Source of the DNA: Myxococcales bacterium
GTDB taxonomy: Bacteria; Myxococcota_A; Polyangia; Fen-1088
DNA: 64,000 bases
NCBI GenBank assembly: GCA_031423255.1
Contig: JANPFD010000022.1
Coordinates: 6,704 to 70,703 of the forward strand
Direction: 5' to 3'
Part shown: in pieces, positions 39,958-49,158 of the stretch
Numbering within the stretch: position 1 is the stretch's first letter
Layout of the letters: every line of letters starts with the position of its first letter
Notes under the pieces: generated by a model
The model's database searches: none
Told to the model about the DNA's origin: nothing
What the model saw: only the letters and a program-made list of their open reading frames with translations
Made by a program: the position numbers and the translations under genes

Positions 39958-40199
39958 AGCGGAAGTCCCGGACCAGCAGCGCCGGGCAGCGCACCGAGCC
40001 CGGGCCGACGGTCCAGCGCAGAGGTGACGCTGCCAGCTCGCGCCCGACGCCGATGCCGCGCGAGGCATTCCGTTGCAGCCGCTCGATCTCCTCGAAGCGC
40101 ACCGCGCTCGCCTCGCGTTCCAGCTCGACCAGGCGGGCCTCGCCGTGCGACGCCCCCGCGCGCGCCAGCTCGCCCAGCGCAGCCTCCAGCACCCCGAAC

Positions 40200-41225
40200 A
40201 TGACGCAGACATATATACTGCGCCGCATGCGCTCATCAGTGGTGGCCCTGGCGTTCGTCGCCACCGGATGCACCGGCTTGAAATTGCAGATGGTGGACAA
40301 GTCCGTGCAGCGGCCGTCGAACATCGCCGTCTACTTCACCGTCGACACCACGCGCGGCGATCCCGTCCCCGATCTCAAGCCCTCCGACTTCCGCATCTAC
40401 GAGGACCACGGTCCGGTCTCGGTCTTCGAGAGCAAGCAGACGATCCTGCAGCCCGAGGTGGCCGCCGTACACTACACCCTCCTGCTCATGGACATGAGCG
40501 GCAGCGTGGTCAGCTCGCCGGACCTGCCGCGCCTGATCGGCGCCGCCTCTTCGTTTGCCGAACGTGTCGGCAAGCACCAGAAGCTGGCGGTGTACGCCTT
40601 CGATGGCAGCCCCCATCTGACGCCCATGGTCGGCTTCGGCGGCAACGCCCAGGCTGGCATCCAGGGGCTCGGCACCTATCAGCCGCGCGATCCCTCGACG
40701 AACCTGAACGGCGCCATCGTCGAGGCGCTCAAGGCGCTGGATAAGCAGCTCGAGAACGCGTCCGTGCCGCTGCGCTTCGGGACGCTGGTGGTGTTCACCG
40801 ACGGCTCGGACCGCGCCCACCGCGTCTCCACCGAGACGATGCGCAAGGCCATCGCCGACACCGATCTGGACGTCTATGCCATCGCCGTCGGCGGTGAGAT
40901 CAACGACGGCGAGGTGCGCGCCATCGGCCGCTCGGGCACCTTCGCCTCGAAGAACCGCGAGGACATCGCCACGGGCTTCGAGCAGATCGCCCGCCGCATC
41001 GAAGGCTTCTCCAAGCGCTACTACCTGCTGTCCTACTGCAGTCCGGCGCGCGCCGGCCACCACGAGGTGGAGATCGAGGCGGTGCAGGGCAGCAAGCGCG
41101 GCCGCCTGAAGTACGAGTTCAAGGCCGACGGCTTCGGCCCGAACTGCGACCCCAACCAGAAGCCTGCCTTCAACGTCCACCGCCCGCGCATGCGGCCCGC
41201 GCCCACGAAGGCCGGCGGATCCTGA
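40200..41225 (+). CDS. von Willebrand factor A (VWA) domain lipoprotein
   Basis: Signal/lipobox ALAFVATGC. MIDAS LLLMDMSGS (DxSxS) and downstream T/D ligands. In-frame ATG at 40200. Confidence 0.75.
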   Translation: MTQTYILRRMRSSVVALAFVATGCTGLKLQMVDKSVQRPSNIAVYFTVDTTRGDPVPDLKPSDFRIYEDHGPVSVFESKQTILQPEVAAVHYTLLLMDMSGSVVSSPDLPRLIGAASSFAERVGKHQKLAVYAFDGSPHLTPMVGFGGNAQAGIQGLGTYQPRDPSTNLNGAIVEALKALDKQLENASVPLRFGTLVVFTDGSDRAHRVSTETMRKAIADTDLDVYAIAVGGEINDGEVRAIGRSGTFASKNREDIATGFEQIARRIEGFSKRYYLLSYCSPARAGHHEVEIEAVQGSKRGRLKYEFKADGFGPNCDPNQKPAFNVHRPRMRPAPTKAGGS

Positions 41226-41830
41226 GAGCGGCCCTTCTCCTCGTCGCTGCGCTGGCCGCCTGTTCGACCACCCGTGTGCGACCGCTCGGCCGCGGGAACG
41301 CCGTCGCGGACGCCAGCCTCGGTGGCCCGATGCTGCAGGCGCTGGGCCTGACCATCCCCACGCCGATCCTGATGGCCGGGACCGCCTACGGGGTACGTGA
41401 CGATCTGGAAGTCGGCGTGCGCGGTGATGCCACTGCTTCCGCCTACGGGGTCGCGCACGTCGAGCCCGGGGTGGCGTGGCATCCGATCCCGACCGTGACC
41501 CTCGCTGGATCGCTGCACCTGCTGTCGGACTTCCAGGCATTCCGTGCGGCGCCGCTGGTGACGGGGGTTCACGCCTGGAGGCTCGGGCATCATCTGGTCT
41601 ATGCCGGCGCCGACGTGGCCGTCGCCTTCGGCAACCCCACGCGCGTCGTCGCCGGGCCCCTGGCTGGCACCGAGCTGCGCCTTGGCCGCTGGGGCCTGGC
41701 CCTGGAGCTGAAGTGGCTGGCCCCCTACCACGACGTCGAGCCGCTGGCCCCCACCTGGATCTCGCCCGCGCACCACGGTTACCTCTCGGCGATCGTCGGC
41801 GTCAGCCGCTACGTCGGAGAGGTGCGATGA
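41222..41830 (+). CDS. Hypothetical lipoprotein (start codon uncertain)
   Basis: In-frame RAALLLVAALAACST signal/lipobox precedes track ORF 41276... There is no canonical ATG nearby, so a CTG/GTG start is likely. Confidence 0.4.
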   Translation: MRAALLLVAALAACSTTRVRPLGRGNAVADASLGGPMLQALGLTIPTPILMAGTAYGVRDDLEVGVRGDATASAYGVAHVEPGVAWHPIPTVTLAGSLHLLSDFQAFRAAPLVTGVHAWRLGHHLVYAGADVAVAFGNPTRVVAGPLAGTELRLGRWGLALELKWLAPYHDVEPLAPTWISPAHHGYLSAIVGVSRYVGEVR

Positions 41831-42624
41831 GCAGGGTGCTGCTGCTGATTCTGCTCGCCGGGTGCCAGTCGCTGGACGGCTTCCTGTACGATCCGCTCGA
41901 GGCGGACGGTCACGATCTTTCGACGGCGGTGATTCCATCGCACGAGGACCTGACGATTCGAACCCCCGACGGTGAGACCCTGCACGCCGTCTTCGTGCCC
42001 TCGTCGGGACGACGGCCGGAGGTGACGCTGATCTATTTGCACGGCCAGAGTCACCACATCGGGAAGTCCTGGCCTCGCATCGAGTACCTGTACCCGCTCG
42101 GCTACAACATCGTCGCCCTCGACCCGCGCGGCTACGGCAAGTCGACCGGTACCCCGACCGAGAAGGGCTTGCAGATCGATCTTGCGGCGACGCGCGCTTT
42201 CTTGCTCGACCGGCCCGACGTCGACGCCAAGCACCTCGTCTACTACGGTCGGTCCTTCGGCGGCGCCCTGGCCATCGAACTTGCGGCCCAAGCTGCGCCC
42301 GCCGCTCTCATCACGGAGAGCACCTTCACCTCCGTGGCGGCCATGGTGAAGGATGGCGCCTACGTCGACCTGCCGAGGTCGTTCGTGGCCAACGACCGCT
42401 GGGACAGCATCGGCAAGATCCGCGACATCGCCGCGCCGTACCTGGTGCTCCATGGCACCGCGGATCCCTACGTGCAGTTCAAGTACGCAGGCGAGCTGGT
42501 CGCCGCCCACCGCGGTCCGCACCAGCTGGTCGCGGTTTCCGGCGCCGACCACGGCAACCTGCCTGAAGTGATGGGGCAGGTCGAGTACCGGCGGTCGATC
42601 GCTTCCTTCGTCGACGCGTTCTAG
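41827..42624 (+). CDS. Alpha/beta-hydrolase lipoprotein (esterase/peptidase S9-like)
   Basis: MSRVLLLILLAGC lipobox. Nucleophile elbow GRSFGG, downstream D and H. ATG overlaps the upstream stop. Confidence 0.8.
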   Translation: MSRVLLLILLAGCQSLDGFLYDPLEADGHDLSTAVIPSHEDLTIRTPDGETLHAVFVPSSGRRPEVTLIYLHGQSHHIGKSWPRIEYLYPLGYNIVALDPRGYGKSTGTPTEKGLQIDLAATRAFLLDRPDVDAKHLVYYGRSFGGALAIELAAQAAPAALITESTFTSVAAMVKDGAYVDLPRSFVANDRWDSIGKIRDIAAPYLVLHGTADPYVQFKYAGELVAAHRGPHQLVAVSGADHGNLPEVMGQVEYRRSIASFVDAF

Positions 42625-42663
42625 CGTCAACGCCGGGGCAGGGTGGCGTGGTATTGACGGGTC

Positions 42664-43854
42664 ATGCGCGTCCTTCTCATCCTCGTCGCTCTCGCCTCGC
42701 CGGCCGTCGCCCAGGAGCTCACGCCCGTGTCGTTGCACGCAGCGCTTGCCGGCAGGCCGACGGGGCCGGCGGCCACGCAGCTCGCGGAACGGATCCGCAA
42801 GTGGCTGGGCAAGGATCTCGCGGCGGGCACGGCCGCGCGGGTCGAGGGGCTGGACGCCGCCTGGGCGATCGAGGCGCCAGGGGCGAAGCAGGTGGAGGCT
42901 GTGTCCGTCGAGGGCAACTACAAGCTGTCGCTCCAGCCGGTGGGCGACACCGGGGTCTTCGCCAACGCCGCCTCGCTCTCCGACGGTACGGCGATGCGCT
43001 GGACCTTCGAGGTCGACGGACAGAGCCGCGGCGGCGGCAAGCTGGAGGCGTACGCCGTTCACCCGGACAGCCTCGCCCGCGGCGGCGTTCCGCGCGGCGT
43101 CGTCACCCAGCAAAAGCCGTGGAAGTCGACGCGCGTCTTCGCTGGCACCGAGCGCGACTGGTGGATCTACGTGCCAGCGCAGATCAAGGCCGGGACGCCC
43201 GCGGCGCTGATGGTGTTCCAGGACGGCGGCGGCTACGTGAAGTACGTGCCGACGGTATTCGACAACCTGATCGCCAAGGGGGACATGCCGCCGACCGTCG
43301 GTGTGTTCATCAACCCAGGCGCGTTCGCCGACGGCCGCAAGAACCGATCGTTCGAATACGACACGCTCTCCGATCAGTACGTCCGCTTCCTGCTCGAGGA
43401 GATCCTCCCCGAGGTCGGCAAGACGGTGAAGCTGCGCAACGACGCTGCCAGCCGCGCCATCATCGGCGCCTCGTCGGGCGGCATCTGCGCCTTCACGGCG
43501 GCGTGGCAGCGCCCGGATCAGTTCGGCAAGGTGCTGTCGATGATCGGCAGCTTCACCAACATCGCCGCCGGCAAGACGATGCAGGAGGGCGGTCACAACT
43601 ACCCGGCGCTGATCCGGAAGATCCCGCGCAAGGCGATCCGCGTTCTGCTCCAGGACGGTAAAAACGATCTCGACAACGCCCACGGCAACTGGCCGTTGGG
43701 CAACGAGCAGATGGCCAAGGCGTTGGCCTTTGCCGGGTATGATTCTCGCATCATCTGGGGCAATGGGTTCCACAGCCAGAACCACGGCCGGGCCATCCTC
43801 CCCGATGCATTGCGTTGGCTCTGGCGGGACCATACAGGTGTCAGCGCGAGGTAG
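42664..43854 (+). CDS. Secreted esterase (putative esterase / enterochelin-esterase-like family)
   Basis: Signal peptide. N-terminal beta-sandwich followed by an alpha/beta-hydrolase with GASSGG. Confidence 0.7.
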   Translation: MRVLLILVALASPAVAQELTPVSLHAALAGRPTGPAATQLAERIRKWLGKDLAAGTAARVEGLDAAWAIEAPGAKQVEAVSVEGNYKLSLQPVGDTGVFANAASLSDGTAMRWTFEVDGQSRGGGKLEAYAVHPDSLARGGVPRGVVTQQKPWKSTRVFAGTERDWWIYVPAQIKAGTPAALMVFQDGGGYVKYVPTVFDNLIAKGDMPPTVGVFINPGAFADGRKNRSFEYDTLSDQYVRFLLEEILPEVGKTVKLRNDAASRAIIGASSGGICAFTAAWQRPDQFGKVLSMIGSFTNIAAGKTMQEGGHNYPALIRKIPRKAIRVLLQDGKNDLDNAHGNWPLGNEQMAKALAFAGYDSRIIWGNGFHSQNHGRAILPDALRWLWRDHTGVSAR

Positions 43855-44875
43855 ACAGGCGCTCGCGGTCGCCGTCCTCCTGCTGGTGGCCGCTCCCGCC
43901 AGCGCGACCGTCGTGTGGCGGGGCGACTTCGAGACCGGCACCACGAAGCAATGGACCAGCCTCCTCTTCGGTCCGCACATCACGGTCGTCGGCACGCCCG
44001 TGCGCCACGGCAAGTTCGCCGCCCGGTGCGAGGTACACAACGAGGACAAGTGGGGCAACGGCCTGCGCCGGGTCGAACTTTCCTACACGCCCACCGCGGC
44101 CACCTTCGAGAACTCCGAGCGCTACTACGCCTTCAGCGTCATGCAGGCGCCGGACATGCCGCTGTCGCAGACGTACCGGACTCACATCGGATACTGGGAG
44201 TCGTACCCGCTCTACAAGCAGGTGATGGACTTCAGCGTCGACAAGAACCAGCTGGTCTTCAGCGCCTGGCTGAACAAGCCCGACGGCAGGCCGGGCGGCA
44301 CGCTGTTCCGGGGCTCGTTCGCGCCCGGCCGATGGCACGATTTCGTGCTGCACGTGAAGTGGTCGACGGACCCCGGCGTCGGTTTCATCGAGCTCTGGTA
44401 CGACGGCGTCCGCGTGGTCAACAAGATCGCCATCCAGACCATGCACCTCGAGGCGGGCACGAAGTATCCGAGTTTTTTCCACATCGGCGTGCTGCGCGGA
44501 GATTTCGAGGCCGAGCCCGTGGCGGTGTTCGTCGACAGCGTGATGGACGCGACCACCTTCGATGACGTCGCCCTCTTGGCCGTTCCGCCCGACGGGGGCG
44601 CGCCGATGCCCGACGCCGGCGCCTCTCGCGCGGACGCCAGCAGCACACCTCCACGCGACGCTGTTTCCGGCGCCGAGGTCCGCCGCCCACCCGACGGCAG
44701 CAACCCGACCTACAACTTCGACACGGGAGGGACATTCGGCGATGACCCGCTGACCCCGCTCGACGACAAGCCGTACACCATCAAGACCGGCTGTTCCTTC
44801 GGGGCGGGATCGCCCGGCGGGTGGTTGTTCCTGCCCCTGGCCTTCGCGTTGTTGTTGCTACGGCGCCGACGCTGA
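43838..44875 (+). CDS. Secreted protein with C-terminal MYXO-CTERM / GlyGly-CTERM-like sorting tail
   Basis: Signal peptide LAVAVLLLVAAPASA. C-terminus TGCSFGAGSPGGWLFLPLAFALLLLRRRR (Cys, GG, TM helix, Arg cluster). GTG start 43838, in frame with track ORF 43730... Confidence 0.6.
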   Translation: MSARGRQALAVAVLLLVAAPASATVVWRGDFETGTTKQWTSLLFGPHITVVGTPVRHGKFAARCEVHNEDKWGNGLRRVELSYTPTAATFENSERYYAFSVMQAPDMPLSQTYRTHIGYWESYPLYKQVMDFSVDKNQLVFSAWLNKPDGRPGGTLFRGSFAPGRWHDFVLHVKWSTDPGVGFIELWYDGVRVVNKIAIQTMHLEAGTKYPSFFHIGVLRGDFEAEPVAVFVDSVMDATTFDDVALLAVPPDGGAPMPDAGASRADASSTPPRDAVSGAEVRRPPDGSNPTYNFDTGGTFGDDPLTPLDDKPYTIKTGCSFGAGSPGGWLFLPLAFALLLLRRRR

Positions 44876-44914
44876 CACCATCCCGCGGAGCGCGGCCTGC
44901 TACACTTCGCGCGC

Positions 44915-46045
44915 TTGGAAGCGCACCGTCGGTTGCTCGCGGCCCTGCTCACCCCGCCTTCACCCGCGGTGCTGATCGCCTATCAGGAGCCGCTGGCAGT
45001 CCTTGAGCTGCCGGAGGAAGGAACCGGCCTCGTGGTGCTGGACGAAGCCGGCGCGACGCCCGAGGAGTTGCGGCAGCGGCTGGATCGCGTCTTCGCCGCG
45101 CACCAGGGCGGCGTACTCATCGCCGTGGTCACCGGCGGAGGACCCGAGCTTCGCCCCGTGCTCGAGCAGGCGGACAGGGAGGCCCACAACCGGAACCGCC
45201 TCGGCCTTTATCACCTCGACCGTCTGGCCCAGCTGACCCGGGTCGCGGGCCGACGCCTGAAGCTGCTGGAGAAGGCGAACCTCGCGGGCGTCGCTCCGTT
45301 CTCCGCGGCCGACGCTGCCGCTCTCATCGAGCGCGGTCGAAAAGAGCGCGAGGAGGCCGCCGCGTTCGCACAAAGGCTGCACGCTCGCTTTCCGCACGTG
45401 ACCACGATCCTGCTCGCCGCCTGCGTGGTGATGTACGGGCTGACGTTGCACTGGCGGGCAGGTGGGGAGGCCATGGGCGCGAACAGCGCCTCCCTCGTGC
45501 GCGAGGGACAGGTCTGGCGCCTCCTGTCTCACGCCTTCCTGCACGGCAACAACGCCCACCTGATCATGAACATGATCGGGCTCCACAGCTTCGGCGGGTT
45601 TCTCGAACGCATGCTCGGTTGGCGGCGTTACCTGGTGCTGTATGGCCTGTCGGCGCTCGGTGGCGGCATCGCCAGCGCGCTCGTCGCCAACAATCCGGCA
45701 TCGGTCGGCGCCTCGGGTGCGCTGTGGGGGCTGATGCTGGCAGGGTTTGCGGTGGCGCGTCAGCGGCAGAGCGCCATCCCTGCGCGCATCGCCGCGGGCC
45801 TGCGACAGCGGTTGCTGGTCGTGCTGGGGATAAACACGCTGCTGTCATTCATCCCCGGCATCGATTTTTCCGCCCACTTCGGTGGCGGCATCGTCGGGTA
45901 CCTGCTGGTCCGGACGGGGCTACCCCCGGAGGGAATCGCCCTGCGGCTGGCTGCCCCCGTGGTGGCCTTGATGCTCGCCGGCTCCGTGTTTCTGGCCCTG
46001 GCAACGGGTCAACCTTGGGCTCAAGGTTCTCACCCGTTCGGGTGA
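44915..46045 (+). CDS. Rhomboid-family intramembrane protease with ~150-aa N-terminal cytoplasmic domain
   Basis: GASGALWGLM (GxSG) and FSAHFGGGIVG (His). TTG start. Begins 39 bp after the sorting-tail protein. Confidence 0.7.
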   Translation: MEAHRRLLAALLTPPSPAVLIAYQEPLAVLELPEEGTGLVVLDEAGATPEELRQRLDRVFAAHQGGVLIAVVTGGGPELRPVLEQADREAHNRNRLGLYHLDRLAQLTRVAGRRLKLLEKANLAGVAPFSAADAAALIERGRKEREEAAAFAQRLHARFPHVTTILLAACVVMYGLTLHWRAGGEAMGANSASLVREGQVWRLLSHAFLHGNNAHLIMNMIGLHSFGGFLERMLGWRRYLVLYGLSALGGGIASALVANNPASVGASGALWGLMLAGFAVARQRQSAIPARIAAGLRQRLLVVLGINTLLSFIPGIDFSAHFGGGIVGYLLVRTGLPPEGIALRLAAPVVALMLAGSVFLALATGQPWAQGSHPFG

Positions 46046-46163
46046 TGTAAGGGGGTAGCGTGCAGCTGTCTCATCGTGCCGGACACTTTTGTGTCATAAA
46101 AACGTTCTCACATTGGGGTTTTCGCGGGCTTACGGCTTGCATCCCTGAGCCCGCGGAGGCGCC

Positions 46164-47885
46164 ATGACAGTACGTACCTTCTGTCTCGGAGTTCTGGCGC
46201 TGGCCGCTGGCTGCACCGGCGTGGTCGGCGGCGGTGGCGGAGGTGATGAACCAGGGGGCGATGTAACGAATCCTCCTCCCGGGGGTGGTGGCAGCGGCGG
46301 CAGCGGTCCCGATGGCGTCAAGCCGCCCGACGTCGTCAACCTGTGCAAGGGCGTGACCACGCAGGCTGCGCCCGCTCCGGTTCGACGCTTGACCCGCCGC
46401 GAGTACAACAACGCCATTCGCGACCTCCTGAACGACACCGCGGTCCCGACCCCGGCCCGCGACTTCGCGCTGGATGACCACCTCGGCCTGTTCGAGAACA
46501 ACGCCGGCTCTCCCGCGACGGTCCTCACCACCACCCAGTACGCCGAGACGGCCGAGACGCTGGCGCGCAACGCCGTGACGAGGAAGCTCGCCATGATCGT
46601 GCCGTGCGCGAACGCCGCCGGCGACGACACCTGCGCCCGCGACTTCATCAAGAACTTCGGCAAGCGCACTTACCGCAGGCCATTGACCGACGTCGAGGTG
46701 AACCGCCTGTTCAACGTGTACAACGTCGCCAAGGGCACCGGCGGCTATGCGAACGGTGTGCGCCTGGCGCTGCAGACGATGCTGCAATCCCCCGTCTTCC
46801 TGAACCACATCGAGAAGGGCGTCGCGCCTGCGGTGGGCGCCACGGTGGCGGCGCTCACCCCCTACGAGATGGCCTCGCGGCTGTCGTTCTTCCTGTGGAG
46901 CACGATCCCGGATACGGCGCTGATGACCGCGGCGGACGCCAACCAGCTCGGCACCCCGGCCGAGATCGAGGCTCAGGTCACGCGCATGCTCGCCTCCGAC
47001 AAGGCCAGGTCGGGCGTCTACACCTTCTTCTCGCAGTGGCTGGAACTGGACAAGCTGGGAGCCGCTGACCGCAATGCCACGATGTTCCCGATGTGGACCA
47101 ACGCCCGGAAGTTCGTCCGCGCCGAGACCGACATGTTCATCAACGAGACCATCTGGAAGGGCGACGGCAAGCTGACGACGATGCTGCTGGCCCCGTACTC
47201 GTACGTGAACAGCACGCTGGCGGCGCTCTATGGCGTCCAGGGCGTCACCGGCGATCCGCTGGTCAAGACCGATCTCAACCCGATGCAGCGGGCCGGTCTG
47301 TTGACGCAGTCGTCGGTCCTCGCGACCACCGCCGCCTTCGACAGCACCTCGCCGGTGCATCGCGGCCTCCTCGTTCGCGAGCGCTTCCTGTGTCAAGTGA
47401 CGCCGTCGCCGCCGCCGGACGTCGACGTGAACATCCCGCGCGCCGATCCGAAGATGACCACGCGCGAGCGGTACGCCAGGCACCAGAGCGAGCCGTACTG
47501 CGCGGGCTGCCACAGGCTGATGGACTCGATCGGCCTCGGCTTCGAGAGCTACGATGCGATCGGCAAGTTCCGGACGATCGAAAATGGGAAGACCATCGAC
47601 GCCACCGGTGAGGTCGTGGCCTCTCGCGACGTGGACGGCCCGTTCAACGGCGCCGTCGAGCTGGCGAACAAGGTGGCGAAGAGCAGCGAGGTCCGCGAGT
47701 GCATGACCCAGATCTGGCTGTCCTACGCCACGGCGAATCTCACCTCGGACCTCGCCTGCACGGTGGCGCGTCTCACCACGGACTTCAACAACGCAGGCTC
47801 CGACTTCCGCAAGCTGATCCTGGCCATCGCGAAGAGTGACGCCTTTCGCAGCCGGCGAGCCCTCTCGAAGGAGGTGTGCCAATGA
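46164..47885 (+). CDS. DUF1592/DUF1588/DUF1587-family lipoprotein (short form, no N-terminal CxxCH) - module B
   Basis: LALAAGC lipobox, Gly-rich linker. RRLTRREYNNAIRDLL, KRTYRRPLTDVEV. C-terminal CAGCHRLMDSIGLGFESYD. Confidence 0.8.
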   Translation: MTVRTFCLGVLALAAGCTGVVGGGGGGDEPGGDVTNPPPGGGGSGGSGPDGVKPPDVVNLCKGVTTQAAPAPVRRLTRREYNNAIRDLLNDTAVPTPARDFALDDHLGLFENNAGSPATVLTTTQYAETAETLARNAVTRKLAMIVPCANAAGDDTCARDFIKNFGKRTYRRPLTDVEVNRLFNVYNVAKGTGGYANGVRLALQTMLQSPVFLNHIEKGVAPAVGATVAALTPYEMASRLSFFLWSTIPDTALMTAADANQLGTPAEIEAQVTRMLASDKARSGVYTFFSQWLELDKLGAADRNATMFPMWTNARKFVRAETDMFINETIWKGDGKLTTMLLAPYSYVNSTLAALYGVQGVTGDPLVKTDLNPMQRAGLLTQSSVLATTAAFDSTSPVHRGLLVRERFLCQVTPSPPPDVDVNIPRADPKMTTRERYARHQSEPYCAGCHRLMDSIGLGFESYDAIGKFRTIENGKTIDATGEVVASRDVDGPFNGAVELANKVAKSSEVRECMTQIWLSYATANLTSDLACTVARLTTDFNNAGSDFRKLILAIAKSDAFRSRRALSKEVCQ

Positions 47886-49156
47886 AAATGGTCCGTCGCT
47901 ATTCGCCCCGACGTGAGTTTCTCCAGGGCGTGGGCCTCGGCGCCTTCGCGTTGCCGTTCCTGCGCGCGACCGAGGGGCGCGCCCAGACGCAGCCCAAGCG
48001 CCTGGTGGTGTTCTCCAGCCCGAACGGCACGGTGATGAACGACTTCTTCCCGGTGACGGGGAACGTGTACGGACGCATCCTCAAGCCTCTGGAGCCGCTC
48101 AAGAGCAAGATCGCCGTCCTGCGCGGCATCAACATGGAGACGGCCTACAAGACGCCGATCCCCAAGGACCACAACCCGGATTACCGGAACATGCTCACGG
48201 CGCGCCAGCCGACGGGTGATGGCACCAATTTCCGGGTCGAGGGCATCTCCATCGATCAGCACATCGCCAACGCCATCGGCACGAGGACCAAGTTCGCCTC
48301 GCAGCAACTGGGGGTGCTGGCCGTCTCGTATCAGATCTCCAGCCGTGGGGTCGGCCAGCCGATCAGCCCCGAGAACAGCCCGTACAAGGCGTTCACCCGC
48401 CTGTTCGCGGGAGTGACCGCATCGCCCACCGAGCTGGATCGCCTCCGCCGCGAGAAGAAGAGCGTCATCGACGCGCTGATTGGCGAGACGACCGACCTGC
48501 GCTGCGCGCTCGGCCGCGAAGAGAAGCCGAAGTTCGACCTCCACCTCGAGTCGCTGCGCGAGCTGGAGCGTAGCCTGGACATCCCCGTGGGTGCCGGCTG
48601 CCGCGCACCGGATCAGGGCGCGCCCGTCCCCGTCGACACCGCCAATGCCCAGCAGATCATGAAGCTGCAGATTGACATCCTGGCAGCGGCCATCGCCTGT
48701 GATCTCACCCGGGTCTTGACGCTCCAGCACGGTCAGGGCCGCCTGCCATACAGCTGGCTCGGCATCAATCAGAGCCATCACGGCATCTCGCACGGCAGCG
48801 AGGGGGTCACCGCGACCCAGGCGCAGCGCACCGAGTGGCTGGTCCTGATCGAGACCTGGATAGCGTCGCAGTTCTTCTATCTGCTGCAGAAACTGGACGC
48901 CATTCCCGATCCGCGCGGCACCGCGCTCGACAACACCGCGGTGCTATGGGCCCACGAGCAGTCGAACGGCGGCAGCCACCAGCGCAAGGACATGCCGTAC
49001 GTGCTGGCCGGTGGCCTCTTCCAGGGCGGACGCGCCGTCAACTTCGGCGGCAAGGCCCACAACGGCCTGCTCATCAGCCTGGCCAACGCCGTCGGCGTCC
49101 CCACGGCGGAGTTCGGCGACCCGGACTTCTCCCGGGGGCCACTGGCCGGGCTCTAA
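47876..49156 (+). CDS. DUF1552 family Tat-signal protein - module B partner
   Basis: SPRREFLQGVGLGAFALPFL Tat motif. IACDLTRVLTLQ. Start overlaps the upstream gene by 10 bp. Confidence 0.85.
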   Translation: MPMKMVRRYSPRREFLQGVGLGAFALPFLRATEGRAQTQPKRLVVFSSPNGTVMNDFFPVTGNVYGRILKPLEPLKSKIAVLRGINMETAYKTPIPKDHNPDYRNMLTARQPTGDGTNFRVEGISIDQHIANAIGTRTKFASQQLGVLAVSYQISSRGVGQPISPENSPYKAFTRLFAGVTASPTELDRLRREKKSVIDALIGETTDLRCALGREEKPKFDLHLESLRELERSLDIPVGAGCRAPDQGAPVPVDTANAQQIMKLQIDILAAAIACDLTRVLTLQHGQGRLPYSWLGINQSHHGISHGSEGVTATQAQRTEWLVLIETWIASQFFYLLQKLDAIPDPRGTALDNTAVLWAHEQSNGGSHQRKDMPYVLAGGLFQGGRAVNFGGKAHNGLLISLANAVGVPTAEFGDPDFSRGPLAGL

Positions 49157-49158
49157 CC

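Noticed and set aside
41809-44058. 749-aa minus-strand ORF
   Set aside because: It spans three well-supported plus-strand secreted-enzyme genes. Spurious.
46088-46110. CRP/FNR-type site
   Set aside because: The TGTGT and TCACA halves are separated by 13 bp rather than the 6 bp of CRP-family sites. Retained only as a generic dyad.
46071-47882. 603-aa minus-strand ORF
   Set aside because: It is antisense to DUF1592-family gene B.
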